This document shows, in pieces, positions 19,661-29,209 of a stretch of 64,000 bases of DNA. This stretch comes from an uncultured Thermoplasmatales archaeon (GTDB taxonomy: Archaea; Thermoplasmatota; E2; UBA202; DSCA01). The DNA lies in contig CAZSHJ010000002.1 of NCBI GenBank assembly GCA_964606745.1, positions 2,629 to 66,628 on the forward strand, read 5' to 3'. Both the position numbers and the translations under genes were made by a program. Under the pieces are notes generated by a model, which was given only the letters and a program-made list of their open reading frames with translations, made no database searches and had not been told where the DNA came from. Every line of letters starts with the position of its first letter. Within the stretch, counting starts at the first letter, position 1.

Positions 19661-20032
19661 TTATTTAGGGGAATACTTATGAATCAACAATGTGCTAAGG
19701 ATATCCTCCATTAAAAGAATAAAAACTCCTGTTATAATAAGCAATAAGCCTATCTCTTTATTTTCAGTCATTTCTAAAAAAATACCTGCTGTTACAAGTG
19801 CAATCCCTATGGTGATACTTATAACATCTATAACATTTAATTTTCTTAGGTATTTCACGAGATTAGGCATATTATCCCCTCTCTTTCGTTCTATAATATC
19901 CCTTCTATTATTTAATATACCACGTTTTTTTTCATTGTGGCTTGCCGAGTGTGTATCAACTTTTCGAAGGTTGTTGATTGTCCTCATTTTTATCCCACTG
20001 CATAATGCTATCAAATTGATAGCATTATGCAC
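19661..20032 (-). CDS. Small two-TM protein (hypothetical), paralogue of 19367..19606
   Basis: C-terminal 70 aa form a two-TM hairpin homologous to the neighbour. N-terminal extension is basic. Start uncertain. Confidence 0.4.
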   Translation of the reverse strand: MHNAINLIALCSGIKMRTINNLRKVDTHSASHNEKKRGILNNRRDIIERKRGDNMPNLVKYLRKLNVIDVISITIGIALVTAGIFLEMTENKEIGLLLIITGVFILLMEDILSTLLIHKYSPK

Positions 20033-20173
20033 ATTATATAGTATATCGAAACTCTAGTATTTAAGTGTTTCCCCAAGATGTGTTATAGATAACCTTGCCA
20101 CTCTATATCAATAATAGCCTCAGGTATTAAATAGTTTTCTTTTATCCATACTCAACAAGTATTCACCATCCAT

Positions 20174-21799
20174 CTATGTCAGATGTTCCATGATGTATCT
20201 ATGCACGTCCTGGTTTATGGCTATCTCAGAAATGTGGTCTGCATCTCCGTTAGGCCATGCATTTCCTTCTATCATGTAAAAAGGTTTTCCTTTCAGATAG
20301 GGGCTTTCGGTGGGTACCAGCCCATCCGATGAATGTGTGGTACCATCTCCGTTAAAATCTACCGGCATTCCCGCTATGAATCCTATGTCGCTACCTACAC
20401 CGTAATAGTCAACCCGGTCGGTTCCGTTATATCCCATCGCCTCCAGAAATTTGGAGTGGTATATCATATCAGGAATCTGTCCCACCCACGACGGGAAGTA
20501 AAGATAGCCTATTATTTTCTGAATGCTTGAATTTATGCCGGGCGGGACTCCATGGCAGGGCGTACCCACGGAAATCAGGTCATCAATCTGTTCTCCATTT
20601 ATATGAACATCCGGGTCGCCGTCTCCGTGCCACGGATAGCCGTCATCGCCGGGCATCCACGAGTCATTCCAGTAATCGACATCCGCCCCTCCGTGTTCTG
20701 CCATGAATCTTGATACAAGGCCACCCATGCTGTGGGCAACAATATCTATAGTCTGGTTGGGAAGGTAGCCATTCCACACCAGGGCCCGCTCTATTTTTTC
20801 GCTCACTTTTGCGGCTATCCATGGTATGTGGTGATCCTGCCAGCCAGGTTCATATGTAAGAAATTGTATGCCCGATTTGCTCACATCGAAATCAAGCAGT
20901 TTAAATCCCTTTTGTTGCAGTTCCTGGCTGAGATTCCACCATGTATAATTTAAGAGCCAGTTCGTTGTTGAGCCAATCCACCCGTGAATTAGTACCACCG
21001 GAAAATCTCCCGGTTTTTCGGGGTCAACAGTCATATTTATTAACTGGCTGCATTCCATATAGTCAATGTCACCCGATAAATTTTGTTCGAGTTTTGCAGA
21101 GCAAATTATGTCCATGGTGTTGTTTATATCTGATAGGAAAAATGGAATTTTCAGTTTGCCGGCATAGTTTGTCATGCCTTTTTTTTCCTCCAATTTTTCG
21201 AGCGAATTGTTATTCTCCTTCCCGAAGAATGTCCATTTTACCGTTTTATTTGCAAGGGGCTGCCATTTTCGGTCAGTGTATTCCATCAATGTCGCCTCAA
21301 TTATGGATATTTCCCCTGCTATCATATTCCTTTTGCTGCAAGAAAGTGACAGCATGGTTTCGTATAGCACCGGCTGGGCAGTCCCGTTTATCTCAGTTGA
21401 ATATTCGTTTCCCTGCCAGGAAGCCCTTGCTGTTATCTTTACTGTATGATTCATCACATCAACATCGTCCGGGGCATGGTATATTGCAGAGAGCATGCCG
21501 GATGCATTTGTGGCAGATGAATTTGTGCCATGAGGATATGTTATTTTTCCCGTATCTCCGGCGGCAGTTATCTCCCATTCCACATCTGCGGCAATCGGAT
21601 AATTTTTCTCGGATTTTAACAGAATATTAAGGGATATGGATTCGCCTTCATGTATTGTAAACTTTTTCGGGTATCCCTCAAGCACAGCGGATGGATTTTC
21701 ATTTTCGTTTCTGTCCTCCGCCCAGTTGTACAAGAGAATTGATGAAATAAATATGATAATCAGCAATGCAGTTATGAGAATTTTGTTTTTTATCTCCAT
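20174..21799 (-). CDS. Membrane-anchored extracellular lipase/esterase (alpha/beta hydrolase, class 2 lipase-like)
   Basis: N-terminal signal-anchor. ~250-aa N-terminal beta domain. C-terminal hydrolase with VVLIHGWIGS oxyanion region, AHSMGG nucleophile elbow, SSDGLVP Asp and DHISE His. Confidence 0.8.
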   Translation of the reverse strand: MEIKNKILITALLIIIFISSILLYNWAEDRNENENPSAVLEGYPKKFTIHEGESISLNILLKSEKNYPIAADVEWEITAAGDTGKITYPHGTNSSATNASGMLSAIYHAPDDVDVMNHTVKITARASWQGNEYSTEINGTAQPVLYETMLSLSCSKRNMIAGEISIIEATLMEYTDRKWQPLANKTVKWTFFGKENNNSLEKLEEKKGMTNYAGKLKIPFFLSDINNTMDIICSAKLEQNLSGDIDYMECSQLINMTVDPEKPGDFPVVLIHGWIGSTTNWLLNYTWWNLSQELQQKGFKLLDFDVSKSGIQFLTYEPGWQDHHIPWIAAKVSEKIERALVWNGYLPNQTIDIVAHSMGGLVSRFMAEHGGADVDYWNDSWMPGDDGYPWHGDGDPDVHINGEQIDDLISVGTPCHGVPPGINSSIQKIIGYLYFPSWVGQIPDMIYHSKFLEAMGYNGTDRVDYYGVGSDIGFIAGMPVDFNGDGTTHSSDGLVPTESPYLKGKPFYMIEGNAWPNGDADHISEIAINQDVHRYIMEHLT

Positions 21800-21858
21800 C
21801 GCTTTGTAATCGTCTACATTTTATTATAATTTATGTGTTACACATCTATGTTTTATTG

Positions 21859-22983
21859 TCAGATAACAAAAACATCCACCATATCCTTCGATATTTTTCC
21901 TTTATCACTGTAAGCATACACCTCCGCTGTATGGAATCCTGGAGATGTATGCATGTCCCAGGAGAAAGGTGCTTCGTTATCCACATGCTGCTTTTCACCA
22001 TCAACATAAAACTCTGTTCTCTCTGTATTTGTTGCATTTACTCTTATGGTTGTATGTCCGAAAACCCTTGGTATGCCAACCTCAAATACCACCCTGCCGA
22101 ATATTGTTGGCATTTCCCTTCCCATAATGTAGGCATGATAGCGCCTCGGTTCCTCGATGTATACTTTTGGCACATCGGGCATGAAGTTTCCGTATGGGCC
22201 GTCCATATAGAGCACTCCTGTACCGCCGTAGCAGTGGGGTATGAGCATATCTGCATCGTATGCCATTCGGAACCAGCCGTTCTCGCCCCAGTTCGTGCCC
22301 CAGCTGTTTTTCACCAGCCAGCATTGCTGTTCATCATCATAACCGAATAGGGCGACAAGATGGCCGCCTGTCAGCCTGCCCCATCTGTGCTTGTATATGC
22401 CGCCGTGATAATGCATGAAATCCTCCCAGATAAATATACATATGACCAGTGGCCCATGTTCAATCAAAGCCCTTTTTATGCTGTCCATATCGTTTTCAAC
22501 GTATCCCCACTCCGTTATCTTGACGGTTCTGTTCTGCCAATCCGGCAGTGTCATGTTGCACGGTGCATCGGTCTTTCTCTGGGGGTCCGGGAAGCATCCC
22601 TCATCCGGAACGCCGTGTTCTACCAAATAGTCGGATGCATGACTGGTGTTCACGCCCCATGCACATGTGCCGCCCGAGCAGAAGAACAGATGTGCCTCTG
22701 ACAGATCACATCCGAAGTTATATCCGACCTTGTAATGAACCATGGTTTCCAGTGCTGAGCATAGAGCATACGCTTCGCAGCTCGGGCATGGCTCCTGATT
22801 TTTTACGGGCGTGGTAAAATCAGTGCCGTTTATATCCCGCCAGCTAAATTTTTCCGGTAGTGGAGAGGGGGCATCCGTGCTTTCTTGCTCTATTGTTTCC
22901 CTTCCGAAGAAATTATTTCCCAGCCCAGCCGAGGGTAGAAGTAGAGTCAGAACGATTGCAATAGACACAAAGGATTTTTTCAT
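21859..22983 (-). CDS. Secreted papain-family (C1A) cysteine protease with C-terminal extension
   Basis: Signal peptide. QEPCPSCEAYA (catalytic Cys region), GGHLVALFGYD (His) and VKNSWGTNWGENGWFRM (Asn) align with the papain QGxCGSCWAF / GHAV / NSWGxxWGExGY signatures. Confidence 0.85.
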   Translation of the reverse strand: MKKSFVSIAIVLTLLLPSAGLGNNFFGRETIEQESTDAPSPLPEKFSWRDINGTDFTTPVKNQEPCPSCEAYALCSALETMVHYKVGYNFGCDLSEAHLFFCSGGTCAWGVNTSHASDYLVEHGVPDEGCFPDPQRKTDAPCNMTLPDWQNRTVKITEWGYVENDMDSIKRALIEHGPLVICIFIWEDFMHYHGGIYKHRWGRLTGGHLVALFGYDDEQQCWLVKNSWGTNWGENGWFRMAYDADMLIPHCYGGTGVLYMDGPYGNFMPDVPKVYIEEPRRYHAYIMGREMPTIFGRVVFEVGIPRVFGHTTIRVNATNTERTEFYVDGEKQHVDNEAPFSWDMHTSPGFHTAEVYAYSDKGKISKDMVDVFVI

Positions 22984-23187
22984 ATATCGTGAATGTCTGC
23001 TGGATTTTAATATTTATCTCAGCATTTAAAAAAGCCGTAGCGTGTTGTATGATGATGTATGGGCTTATTGACGAAAATTGGCTTGTATCTACCGCTTTGC
23101 CTTTGTTTTGCGGGGGATGTATTGGGGCTTTTAGACGGCTTTTTATTCCTCTCTTTTCCTGTTCCCTTCAGCTTTTCTGCTCGATCT

Positions 23188-23703
23188 TCACTCAGATTCC
23201 GCAGGCGGCGGAGTGAAAGTTCTTGCCGCCAGCTCTTTATCAAGCATGAAAAGTCCGTTCCCTTCCTTTCCTGCAAGCTCTAGTTTTGCTATGATTTCGT
23301 TGTCATTTCCTTCTTCCTCTATCTGCTCTGTTACAAACCAGTGAAGGAATATCTGGGTTGCATGGTCATTTTCTTTTATCGCAAGATCCATCAGATCGTT
23401 TATTGATTTAGTAATAAACTGCTCGTGTTCCAGAGTTTTTTGAAACATATCCATGGTATCCTTGAATTCGGAGGGTGGTTTCTCAATGGCCTTTAGTTTC
23501 ACCTTTCCACCCTGGTCGTTGATGTAGCGGTAAATTCTCATGGCATGGTCCATCTCCTCATAATACTGCACCATGAACCAGTTGGCAAACCCGGGAAGAC
23601 CAATATTCGTGCTGTGTGCCGACATGGACATATATAGATATGCGGAATACATCTCCTTATTGATTTGCTCGTTCAGTGCATCTTCCATTTTTTTATTCAA
23701 CAT
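23188..23703 (-). CDS. ftn: Ferritin-like protein (non-haem ferritin)
   Basis: 171 aa. Four-helix-bundle di-iron ligand pattern (E...YEEMDHA...E..H). Confidence 0.85.
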   Translation of the reverse strand: MLNKKMEDALNEQINKEMYSAYLYMSMSAHSTNIGLPGFANWFMVQYYEEMDHAMRIYRYINDQGGKVKLKAIEKPPSEFKDTMDMFQKTLEHEQFITKSINDLMDLAIKENDHATQIFLHWFVTEQIEEEGNDNEIIAKLELAGKEGNGLFMLDKELAARTFTPPPAESE

Positions 23704-23712
23704 CTATTCGCC

Positions 23713-24363
23713 TCATAACTTTTTGTGGCACAGCCACCAGTCGTAGCACTCTATTTCGCCCTTTTCCTTTGCTTCTTCCCTTTCTTTTATCTGCTCGGTT
23801 GTCCCTGCTGGCGGAATTATAACCCTGTCTGCTATGAGCTCGTTGTTGGGCCACTTGTGGGGCAGTGCAACTTTATTCTCGTCGCTTATCTGCAGTGCTT
23901 TGAGCGCTCTAAGTATCTCGTCCCAGTCCCTTCCTACTTCAGCCGGATAGTAAACTATTGCCCTGATTGTGCCTTTGCTGTCTACTATGAACACTGCCCT
24001 GGCTGTGTTGCTCGCTCCGGAGGGTATCATGCCCAGTGCATCTGCCAGATTACCTCTGTCATCTGCAATTATCGGAAACTCGATTTCCACGCCAAGATTG
24101 TCCTTTATCCACTCCGCCCATTTCAGATGTGCAAATACTTGGTCAATGCTCAGTCCTATGACTTCGGCACCCAGCTCCCTGAACTTCTCGAGCCTGATTT
24201 GCATACCGTAGAACTCCGTTGTGCATACTGGCGTGAAATCGCCGGGATGGCTGAACAGAACGAACCACTTGCCTTTGAAGGCATCTGGCAATTTCATGTG
24301 TCCGTGCGTTGTGTTTACTTCCACTTCCGGGAATTTTTCTCCTATTACTACCATTTTTTTCAC
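23713..24363 (-). CDS. Peroxiredoxin (AhpC/TSA family, Prx6-like)
   Basis: 216 aa with the FTPVCTTE peroxidatic Cys motif. Confidence 0.9.
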   Translation of the reverse strand: MKKMVVIGEKFPEVEVNTTHGHMKLPDAFKGKWFVLFSHPGDFTPVCTTEFYGMQIRLEKFRELGAEVIGLSIDQVFAHLKWAEWIKDNLGVEIEFPIIADDRGNLADALGMIPSGASNTARAVFIVDSKGTIRAIVYYPAEVGRDWDEILRALKALQISDENKVALPHKWPNNELIADRVIIPPAGTTEQIKEREEAKEKGEIECYDWWLCHKKL

Positions 24364-24367
24364 CTCT

Positions 24368-24772
24368 TTATATTTTTATATCTTTGGAATTAATCCAGAG
24401 ACCATGAACATTGCAATACTCTCTTGCCTCTATTTTATCTGCTTTTATCTCAAACTCTGCTTCTGGCTTGTCGCCGGGTTTCAGGACTTTTCTGTATGCC
24501 TTGCCATCGGCAATCACCTGAATCCATTCTATGTAATGCTTTTCTTCCATCGGGTGGTTCTGATTCTGCCCTACTTTCACAACTACTCCATTCTCTGTTT
24601 TCTCAATATAGGGCACATGTTTTTCAGTTGAAGCATCTTCACTTTTTCCTTCCATTAGTTTCATTGGCTGTCCGCAGCATACAAGTTCCCCCATTCCGCT
24701 GTGCAGCACTTCCACAATATTTCCACATATTTCACATTTATATATCTCCCTTATTTTTGTCATATTTCTCAC
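24368..24772 (-). CDS. dfx: Desulfoferrodoxin (2Fe superoxide reductase)
   Basis: N-terminal desulforedoxin Cys motifs (CEICGN ... CCGQP) plus SOR domain ([23 protein letters not shown]). Confidence 0.9.
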   Translation of the reverse strand: MRNMTKIREIYKCEICGNIVEVLHSGMGELVCCGQPMKLMEGKSEDASTEKHVPYIEKTENGVVVKVGQNQNHPMEEKHYIEWIQVIADGKAYRKVLKPGDKPEAEFEIKADKIEAREYCNVHGLWINSKDIKI

Positions 24773-24794
24773 CTCTTATTTTATATTTCACCTC

Positions 24795-25370
24795 TCAATA
24801 ATTTTCAACCCAGAGTTCGTAATAACTCTGAGGGTGCCTGCAGGCAGGGCATGCCTCCGGTGCTTCCTCGCCCTCATGAACATATCCACAGTTGCAGCAC
24901 TTCCATTTTACCACCTTATCTTTTTTGAACACGCTTTTATTTCTCACATTATCCAGGAGTTTGCGGTATCTACGTTCATGGTATGCTTCAACTTTGGCAA
25001 TCTCTATGAAACTCCGGGCAATCTCTGGGAAACCTTCTTTCTCTGCCACGTCGGCAAATTCTGGGTAAAGCTTGCCCCATTCCATTTTTTCGCCTTCTGC
25101 CGCAGCCAGCAGATTTCCTTCGGTACTTCCTATAACTCCTGCAGGATACGACGCCTTTATTTCCACATCTCCTCCCTCCAAATATTTGAAGAATATCTCG
25201 GCGTGCTCCTTCTCGTTGTCAGCCGTCTCCGAGAATATTGCCGATATCTGTTCATAGCCTTCTTTCTTTGCCTTGGATGCAAAGTACGTGTATCGCATCC
25301 TTGCCTGCGACTCCCCCGCAAAAGACGCGAGGAGATTTTTTTCCGTTTCAGTTCCTTTTAAATTTTTCAT
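24795..25370 (-). CDS. rbr: Rubrerythrin
   Basis: Di-iron ferritin-like domain followed by rubredoxin-like CCNCGY...CPACRHP. Confidence 0.9.
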   Translation of the reverse strand: MKNLKGTETEKNLLASFAGESQARMRYTYFASKAKKEGYEQISAIFSETADNEKEHAEIFFKYLEGGDVEIKASYPAGVIGSTEGNLLAAAEGEKMEWGKLYPEFADVAEKEGFPEIARSFIEIAKVEAYHERRYRKLLDNVRNKSVFKKDKVVKWKCCNCGYVHEGEEAPEACPACRHPQSYYELWVENY

Positions 25371-25382
25371 TTTTTCATCTCC

Positions 25383-26555
25383 TTAAATATTTTTATGCTT
25401 TTCATATATTTTATCTGCCAGTTTATCCAGCGTTTTAAAATCATCCTGCTTTGGATGGCCCTTTATTACAACAGGCTCAATAATCTCCACCTTCAGATTT
25501 TTTACCATTTCCTTGAGCTGTTCAACCATTTTTCCTCCCCAGCTATATGAGCCGATTATCGAGACAAATTTGGTTTTTGGTCTCAAAGCGTTTGCCAGAT
25601 ATGCTGCGTATATGGCAGAGGGATGCGCCCCGGACAGCACCGTGGGCGAGGCGATAACAATGGTGGCTGCATCAACAAGTGCCATAGCCAGCTCGCCTAT
25701 GTCTACAACTGTTAAATTAAATGGTTTTACTTCTATGCCTTTTTTCATGAGTGCATCTATGAAATAATTAACCATGGCGGCAGTACTCCCGTGCATGGAA
25801 ACATATGGCAGAACAACCTCGTTTTTCGCTTCATCGGAAATCCATTCCCTGTATGCATTTATTATGAATTCGGGATTGTCATAGACAGGACCGTGGCTCG
25901 GGGCAATTAATTCAATGTCCAGCTCTTCTATTCTGCCCAGATTTTTTCTTATTGCTGTACGGAACGGCATCATTATCTCTGCATAATATCTCTTTGCTGC
26001 CTCGTAGACTTTTCTTTCATCTTCAACAAAAAGTTTGCTTGTGGCAAGATGTGAACCTAGGAAATCGCATGTGAACAGAATTTTATCCTCTTTCAGATAT
26101 GTGAGCATTGTTTCCGGCCAGTGAACCCACGGGGCATGGATGAATTCAAGGGTTTTATTTCCCAGAGACAAGATATCACCGTCATTTACTTCCATAAACC
26201 TTTCTTCAGGCACATGGAGCAGATCAACGAGCATTATCTTGCATTTCGGCGTGCAGACAACCTTTGCATCGGGATATTGTTTAAGTACCTCCGGGATTGA
26301 ACCGGAATGATCCTGCTCCGCATGATGGGCAATGATGTAATCCACTTCTTCCCCCGCTTCTTCTAGGTTGTCCATCAACTCATTTGCTTTGCTCGTGTCC
26401 ACGGTGTCCATCAGTGCTGTCTTCTCACTCCCTTTTATAAGATAGGAGTTGTAACTGGTGCCGTCGGGAAGCGGAATGAGTTCGTCAAAAAGTTTCCTAT
26501 CCCAGTCTATTACTCCTGCCGAATATATGTCCGGTTTGATTTTCCTTACATTCAT
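25383..26555 (-). CDS. fprA: Flavodiiron protein (FprA-type O2/NO reductase)
   Basis: Metallo-beta-lactamase-like di-iron domain (HHAEQDHSG) fused to a flavodoxin-like domain. Confidence 0.9.
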   Translation of the reverse strand: MNVRKIKPDIYSAGVIDWDRKLFDELIPLPDGTSYNSYLIKGSEKTALMDTVDTSKANELMDNLEEAGEEVDYIIAHHAEQDHSGSIPEVLKQYPDAKVVCTPKCKIMLVDLLHVPEERFMEVNDGDILSLGNKTLEFIHAPWVHWPETMLTYLKEDKILFTCDFLGSHLATSKLFVEDERKVYEAAKRYYAEIMMPFRTAIRKNLGRIEELDIELIAPSHGPVYDNPEFIINAYREWISDEAKNEVVLPYVSMHGSTAAMVNYFIDALMKKGIEVKPFNLTVVDIGELAMALVDAATIVIASPTVLSGAHPSAIYAAYLANALRPKTKFVSIIGSYSWGGKMVEQLKEMVKNLKVEIIEPVVIKGHPKQDDFKTLDKLADKIYEKHKNI

Positions 26556-26556
26556 T

Positions 26557-27024
26557 CTATACCAACACTATATCATCAGCTTCAGATTTTAAAGAATTTT
26601 CATTCATGGATTCTTTCTCGAGGCAATCTTTACATAATCCCTTGAAGTATCCGTGCATCTCATCAATTCTATGCCCCATGTCCATAATCTTCCCGGGATA
26701 GAGGCGGTCAACGTCCATATCAATTATCACACCGCATTTCTTGCACATAAAATGGTGGTGCGCCGTTGTCTTGAAATCGTATCTTAGTTCATGTCCCGAT
26801 ATGGTCAGTACTTGTATAACATTATGTCTGTTCAGTGTTTTCAGGGTATTGTAGATAGTTGTTTTTGAAAGTGACGGATTATTCTTTTTCAAATCGGAGT
26901 ATATTTTCTCGGCACTCGGGTGTATTCTGTTTTCATCAAGATACTTCAATACATACATTCTCTGTGGCGTTACCTTCATGTTATTGCTCTTCAGGATGTC
27001 TCTATATTTCTCGTAGTTTTCCAA
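26557..27024 (-). CDS. perR: Fur-family metalloregulator (PerR-like)
   Basis: 155 aa. Winged helix plus HHHFMCKKCG ... CKDC metal-site pattern. Heads an operon of peroxide/O2 detox genes. Confidence 0.85.
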   Translation of the reverse strand: MENYEKYRDILKSNNMKVTPQRMYVLKYLDENRIHPSAEKIYSDLKKNNPSLSKTTIYNTLKTLNRHNVIQVLTISGHELRYDFKTTAHHHFMCKKCGVIIDMDVDRLYPGKIMDMGHRIDEMHGYFKGLCKDCLEKESMNENSLKSEADDIVLV

Positions 27025-27057
27025 ATTCTCACCTTATTGATTGTAGTTGATTTTATT

Positions 27058-27072
27058 TTGTAATTATTACAA
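27058..27072 (-). promoter_or_regulatory. Perfect 7-1-7 palindrome TTGTAATtATTACAA (candidate PerR/Fur box) upstream of perR
   Basis: Read directly. 34-48 nt upstream of the perR start codon. 13/15 match to the Bacillus PerR-box consensus TTATAATnATTATAA. Confidence 0.55.
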
Positions 27073-27160
27073 TTTGAGATAGAATACAAATGAGATATTT
27101 AAGCTTTTGCCCATCATAGGAAAAAATTTTAATTGTTTGGCCGTTAAGAAGTGATTCTTG

Positions 27161-27946
27161 ATGGAAAAGAAGAATTTGGGTTATGTACTGGCATTGGACG
27201 AGGGGACATCCAGTGCCAAAGCTTTTGTAATTGACCATTCGGGCTTGATTGCAGGAAAGGGACAGTGTCCATTCAATCAATATTTTCCAAAACCGGGATG
27301 GGTTGAACATAGCCCCGAAGAGATATGAGATGCACAGATAAAAGCCATCAAGCAATCCCTGCATGATGCCGCCGTCAATACAAAGCAAATTGCATCCGTT
27401 GGGATTGCCAACCAGAGGGAAACTGCAATATTATGGGACATGAAATCGAATCAATCTGTCCACAATGCAATCGTATGGCAGGACAGAAGAACATCTGAAA
27501 TAATTGATGCTTTATCAGAAGATGAACGGGCATTGATAAAGGGGAAGACCGGTCTTGTTGCCGATTCCTATTTTTCCGCATCAAAGATAAAATGGATGCT
27601 CGACATCATTCCGGGATTGAGGAGAAGGGCGGAGCAGGGGGAACAGGCTGCTTTGGGCGCCTATATTTATATAGAGAACAACGGGGCATTGCCTTTTGAA
27701 TGGAAGCCGGTGAAAAAGGGCAGAAATATTCGGCTGTTGATTCCACATTACATAAGCGGAGAGAATGACGTGAAGGTTTATGCCAGGGTGAGAAAACCGC
27801 TGCGAAACGTGACTATAAAATTTCCTGAGATTGCAAGGAAAGACAGCAGGAAGGCGGTGATGCCCGGAGAGATGATAATGACCCGATTGAGAAAACAGGA
27901 ACTCAACCGGGTTAAAGGGAAGGTTACTATGGAGGCCATAGTATGA
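27161..27946 (+). pseudogene. Decayed glycerol-locus remnant: N-terminal ~165 codons of glycerol kinase fused in-frame to the C-terminal ~80 codons of the G3P-dehydrogenase-associated FAD oxidoreductase; internal TGA
   Basis: [28 protein letters not shown]...[16 protein letters not shown] is GlpK-like. It hits TGA (27326-27328) exactly where the conserved Trp (EIW) is expected. Glycerol-kinase similarity ends at KIKWMLDIIPGLRRRAEQGEQAALG. The tail GRNIRLLIPHYI...VYARVRKPLRNVTIKF...AVMPGEMIMTRL parallels the C-terminus of the 62847..63929 protein (GKNVRYVVPQFL...FYFRVKEESEDVNIVI...VVKPPEMVKVVM). Confidence 0.7.
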
Positions 27947-27980
27947 AAATGAACAAGAAAAAAAAGAAATAACCTGTATC

Positions 27981-28322
27981 ATGTGCCCGCTCGGATGCAA
28001 AATCACGGTAACTACAAGAGGTAATGTTATTCTTGATATCAGTGGAAATGCATGTCGCACCGGTGAGGGATATGCGCGGCAGGAGATATTATCGCCTTCC
28101 AGAATCATCATGAGTGTCGTGAGGTGCAGGAGGTGCGATATGCCGACCGTTTCGGTAAAAACGGAAAAGCCAGTCCCGAAAGACCGTATGGAAGATATCA
28201 TGAGAAGTTTGAGGGATATCGAGGTTGAAGCCCCCGTGAATGCAGGCGACGTTATTGTCGAGAATGTGCTGGGCCTTGGGATTAATATTATTGCAACCAG
28301 AAGTGTAAGAAAGAAGAAGTGA
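27981..28322 (+). CDS. DUF1667-type small Cys-rich protein (paralogue of 62498..62872)
   Basis: CPLGC...NACRTGEGYARQE and C-terminal GDVIVENVLGLGINIIATRSVRKK parallel CPLGC...NRCARGKKYVIQE...GDVIAANTGGTGVAIIASRDMVKK in the intact glp cluster. Confidence 0.7.
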   Translation: MCPLGCKITVTTRGNVILDISGNACRTGEGYARQEILSPSRIIMSVVRCRRCDMPTVSVKTEKPVPKDRMEDIMRSLRDIEVEAPVNAGDVIVENVLGLGINIIATRSVRKKK

Positions 28323-28324
28323 TA

Positions 28325-29090
28325 TTATGCGTGTGCCTTTATCCAGTCGACTATCGTTTTGTGAATTTCATCGGCCCATTCTGGGTCTTCGAATATTTCG
28401 TGATATGCCCCCCTAAATTCCCTCAGCGTTTTATCTTCGATCTTTAACTCCTGCATGAATTCACGTGCTCCCTTTATCGGTGCCAGTACATCTGCCGTTC
28501 CATTCAAAATCAGCACGGGTACGGTGATATTTTCAGCTTCTAAATGGGTCTTCTTCATGTGGACAAAAAGGCTTCTTGCAAGTGCGATAGAAATGCGGTC
28601 ATGCACCAGCGGATCATTGATGTAATTTTCAACGGTTTCTTTATTTCTTGAAAGTGTTTCCGGTTTTATTGTGTTGTTAATCGTCGCAGATGGCATGATT
28701 GCACCTAAAAATTTGGCAAGTCCGACGAAATCTTGAGGTATTATCGCCGTGGGCGAGAGCAGGTGCTGAGGCTATCATTCCCTTAATTCTACTGGGGTAA
28801 AGTTCGGCATATCTGATGGCTGTGACCCCCCCGAGGCTGTGCCCAAGAATAAATGGTTTTTTGTTAATCTCATCTATTATTTCGTTTATTATGCCAAGGG
28901 CATCCTCAACTCTTGCATGCCCCCTCTTTCCATCGCTTTTTCCGTGTCCCGGCCAATCGAAGGTATAGACGGCAAAACCTTCGTCGTTGAGCATTTTGAT
29001 GAGCCCCTCATATCTTCCGCAGTGCTCTCCAAGCCCGTGCACGGTTATGACCCAATCCTTGCCCTTCCCGAATTTTGTTTTGTATATCAT
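28325..29090 (-). pseudogene. Alpha/beta hydrolase (lysophospholipase/monoglyceride-lipase-like) split by a frameshift
   Basis: ORFs 28677..29090 (HGLGEHCGRY...GHSLGG...SAPAL) and 28325..28696 (C-terminal Asp/His region) are two halves of one ~255-aa hydrolase in different frames. Could also be a sequencing error. Confidence 0.6.
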
Positions 29091-29209
29091 AAAATCAGGA
29101 AATATATCTGGAGATAAAACTTAAACTTTGTTCATGTTTTTTCATTTCCCGTTGTGTCGCACGGTGAAATTTCCGTACCTGTACAATAAGCTATTTAAGG
29201 CATTCCACC

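Noticed and set aside
20941-21630. 229-aa plus-strand ORF
   Set aside because: Antisense to the secreted lipase gene.
27326-27328. In-frame TGA at the conserved Trp of the glpK fragment, as possible TGA-Trp/Sec recoding
   Set aside because: TGA terminates well-supported genes here (for example the glcD-like gene ends at TGA 13536-13538). The fragment also lacks two thirds of glpK, so a nonsense mutation in a pseudogene is the simpler reading.
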